This document shows, one piece after another, positions 63,792 through 64,000 of a stretch of DNA of 64,000 nt. Under the pieces are notes generated by a model that saw only the letters and a list, made by a program, of their open reading frames with translations, made no database searches and had not been told where the DNA came from. The DNA is from Candidatus Nomurabacteria bacterium (GTDB lineage: Bacteria; Patescibacteriota; Minisyncoccia; Phycocordibacterales; SBAW01). Each line of letters begins with the position of its first letter. Position 1 is the stretch's first letter. A program made the position numbers and the translations under genes. Where the stretch lies: contig JADZGF010000003.1 in the NCBI GenBank assembly GCA_020854065.1, positions 96,913-160,912 of the forward strand, in the 5' to 3' direction.

Positions 63792-64000
63792 ATGAACCCG
63801 ATTGATACGCTTACACAACTATTCGAGAAGTTCCCGGGGATAGGTCCTCGGCAGGCACGACGCTTCGTCCAATATCTATTGGTCTCTGGCCAAGGAACCC
63901 GACTTGAGATTGCAGAGGTCATTAAAAACCTCGGGACTGAGACCAGTCAGTGCAAAAGATGCTATCGCTGGTTTGTGGGCAAAAGCGGTACCTGCACGAT
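63792..64000 (+). CDS. recR: recombination protein RecR (5' partial; runs off the window)
   Basis: MNPIDTLTQLFEKFPGIGPRQARRFVQYLL (HhH) then the start of the C4 zinc finger (CKRCYRWF...). Confidence 0.8.
   Translation, partial: MNPIDTLTQLFEKFPGIGPRQARRFVQYLLVSGQGTRLEIAEVIKNLGTETSQCKRCYRWFVGKSGTCT

Noticed and set aside
1-64000. CRISPR array, IS element/transposase, integrase, rRNA
   Set aside because: Scanned for regularly spaced direct repeats, DDE/tyrosine-recombinase motifs and rRNA-like conserved blocks and found none. The only short repeats are intragenic coding repeats and operator-like direct repeats.

Overview
The window reads as a compact, gene-dense bacterial chromosome segment of about 50% GC, and the gene content suggests a reduced-genome Candidate Phyla Radiation / Patescibacteria (Parcubacteria-like) organism. 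This lineage call is an inference from content and was not checked against any database. Almost everything is on the + strand with short or overlapping junctions and frequent rho-independent terminators. Pointers to that lineage include a DUF5671-like membrane protein, sigma-70 region-4 and ATP-cone fusion proteins, an archaeal-type AspRS, truncated AlaRS/GluRS, L17 followed directly by L13-S9, and a murein gene cluster lacking murD. Recognisable housekeeping genes are ychF, leuS, mltG, mnmA, ung, an M13 peptidase, alaS, and infA-rpmJ-rpsM-rpsK-rpsD-rpoA-rplQ-rplM-rpsI. The rest are grpE-dnaK-(ABC exporter)-dnaJ, trpS, aspS, pepA, scpAB, dacA-like, mraY-ftsW-murG, gltX, an M23 peptidase, an ABC-2 transporter, rpmA, rplI, ctpA, cysS, dnaB and the start of recR. 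One tRNA-Pro(GGG) was folded by hand at about 55949-56022. No rRNA, CRISPR array or transposase was seen. Accessory or unusual content clusters in four places: (1) about 52.9-58.0 kb around the tRNA, with a TIR-like/SLOG-like fusion protein plus unknown extension, a small secreted SLT-like transglycosylase, unknown proteins and a DnaQ-like exonuclease; (2) about 22.4-24.7 kb, a self-contained two-gene operon of a 5x tandem-repeat (HEAR-like) protein and a ParB-like nuclease-domain protein; (3) 14.0-15.6 kb, a GC-rich gene that is an internal tandem duplication of a roughly 220-aa unknown domain; (4) 16.7-20.4 kb, a nuclease/DNA-repair cluster (ATP-cone-REase fusion, Cas4-like Fe-S nuclease, MGMT-like, UDG). 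LeuRS carries an inserted Nudix-like domain. The ORF track uses TTG/GTG as starts, so several start coordinates were trimmed to the first plausible ATG; those trims are inferences. Manual coordinates for RNA and terminator features may be off by 1-2 nt. No database searches were run; every family assignment rests on motif recognition by eye.
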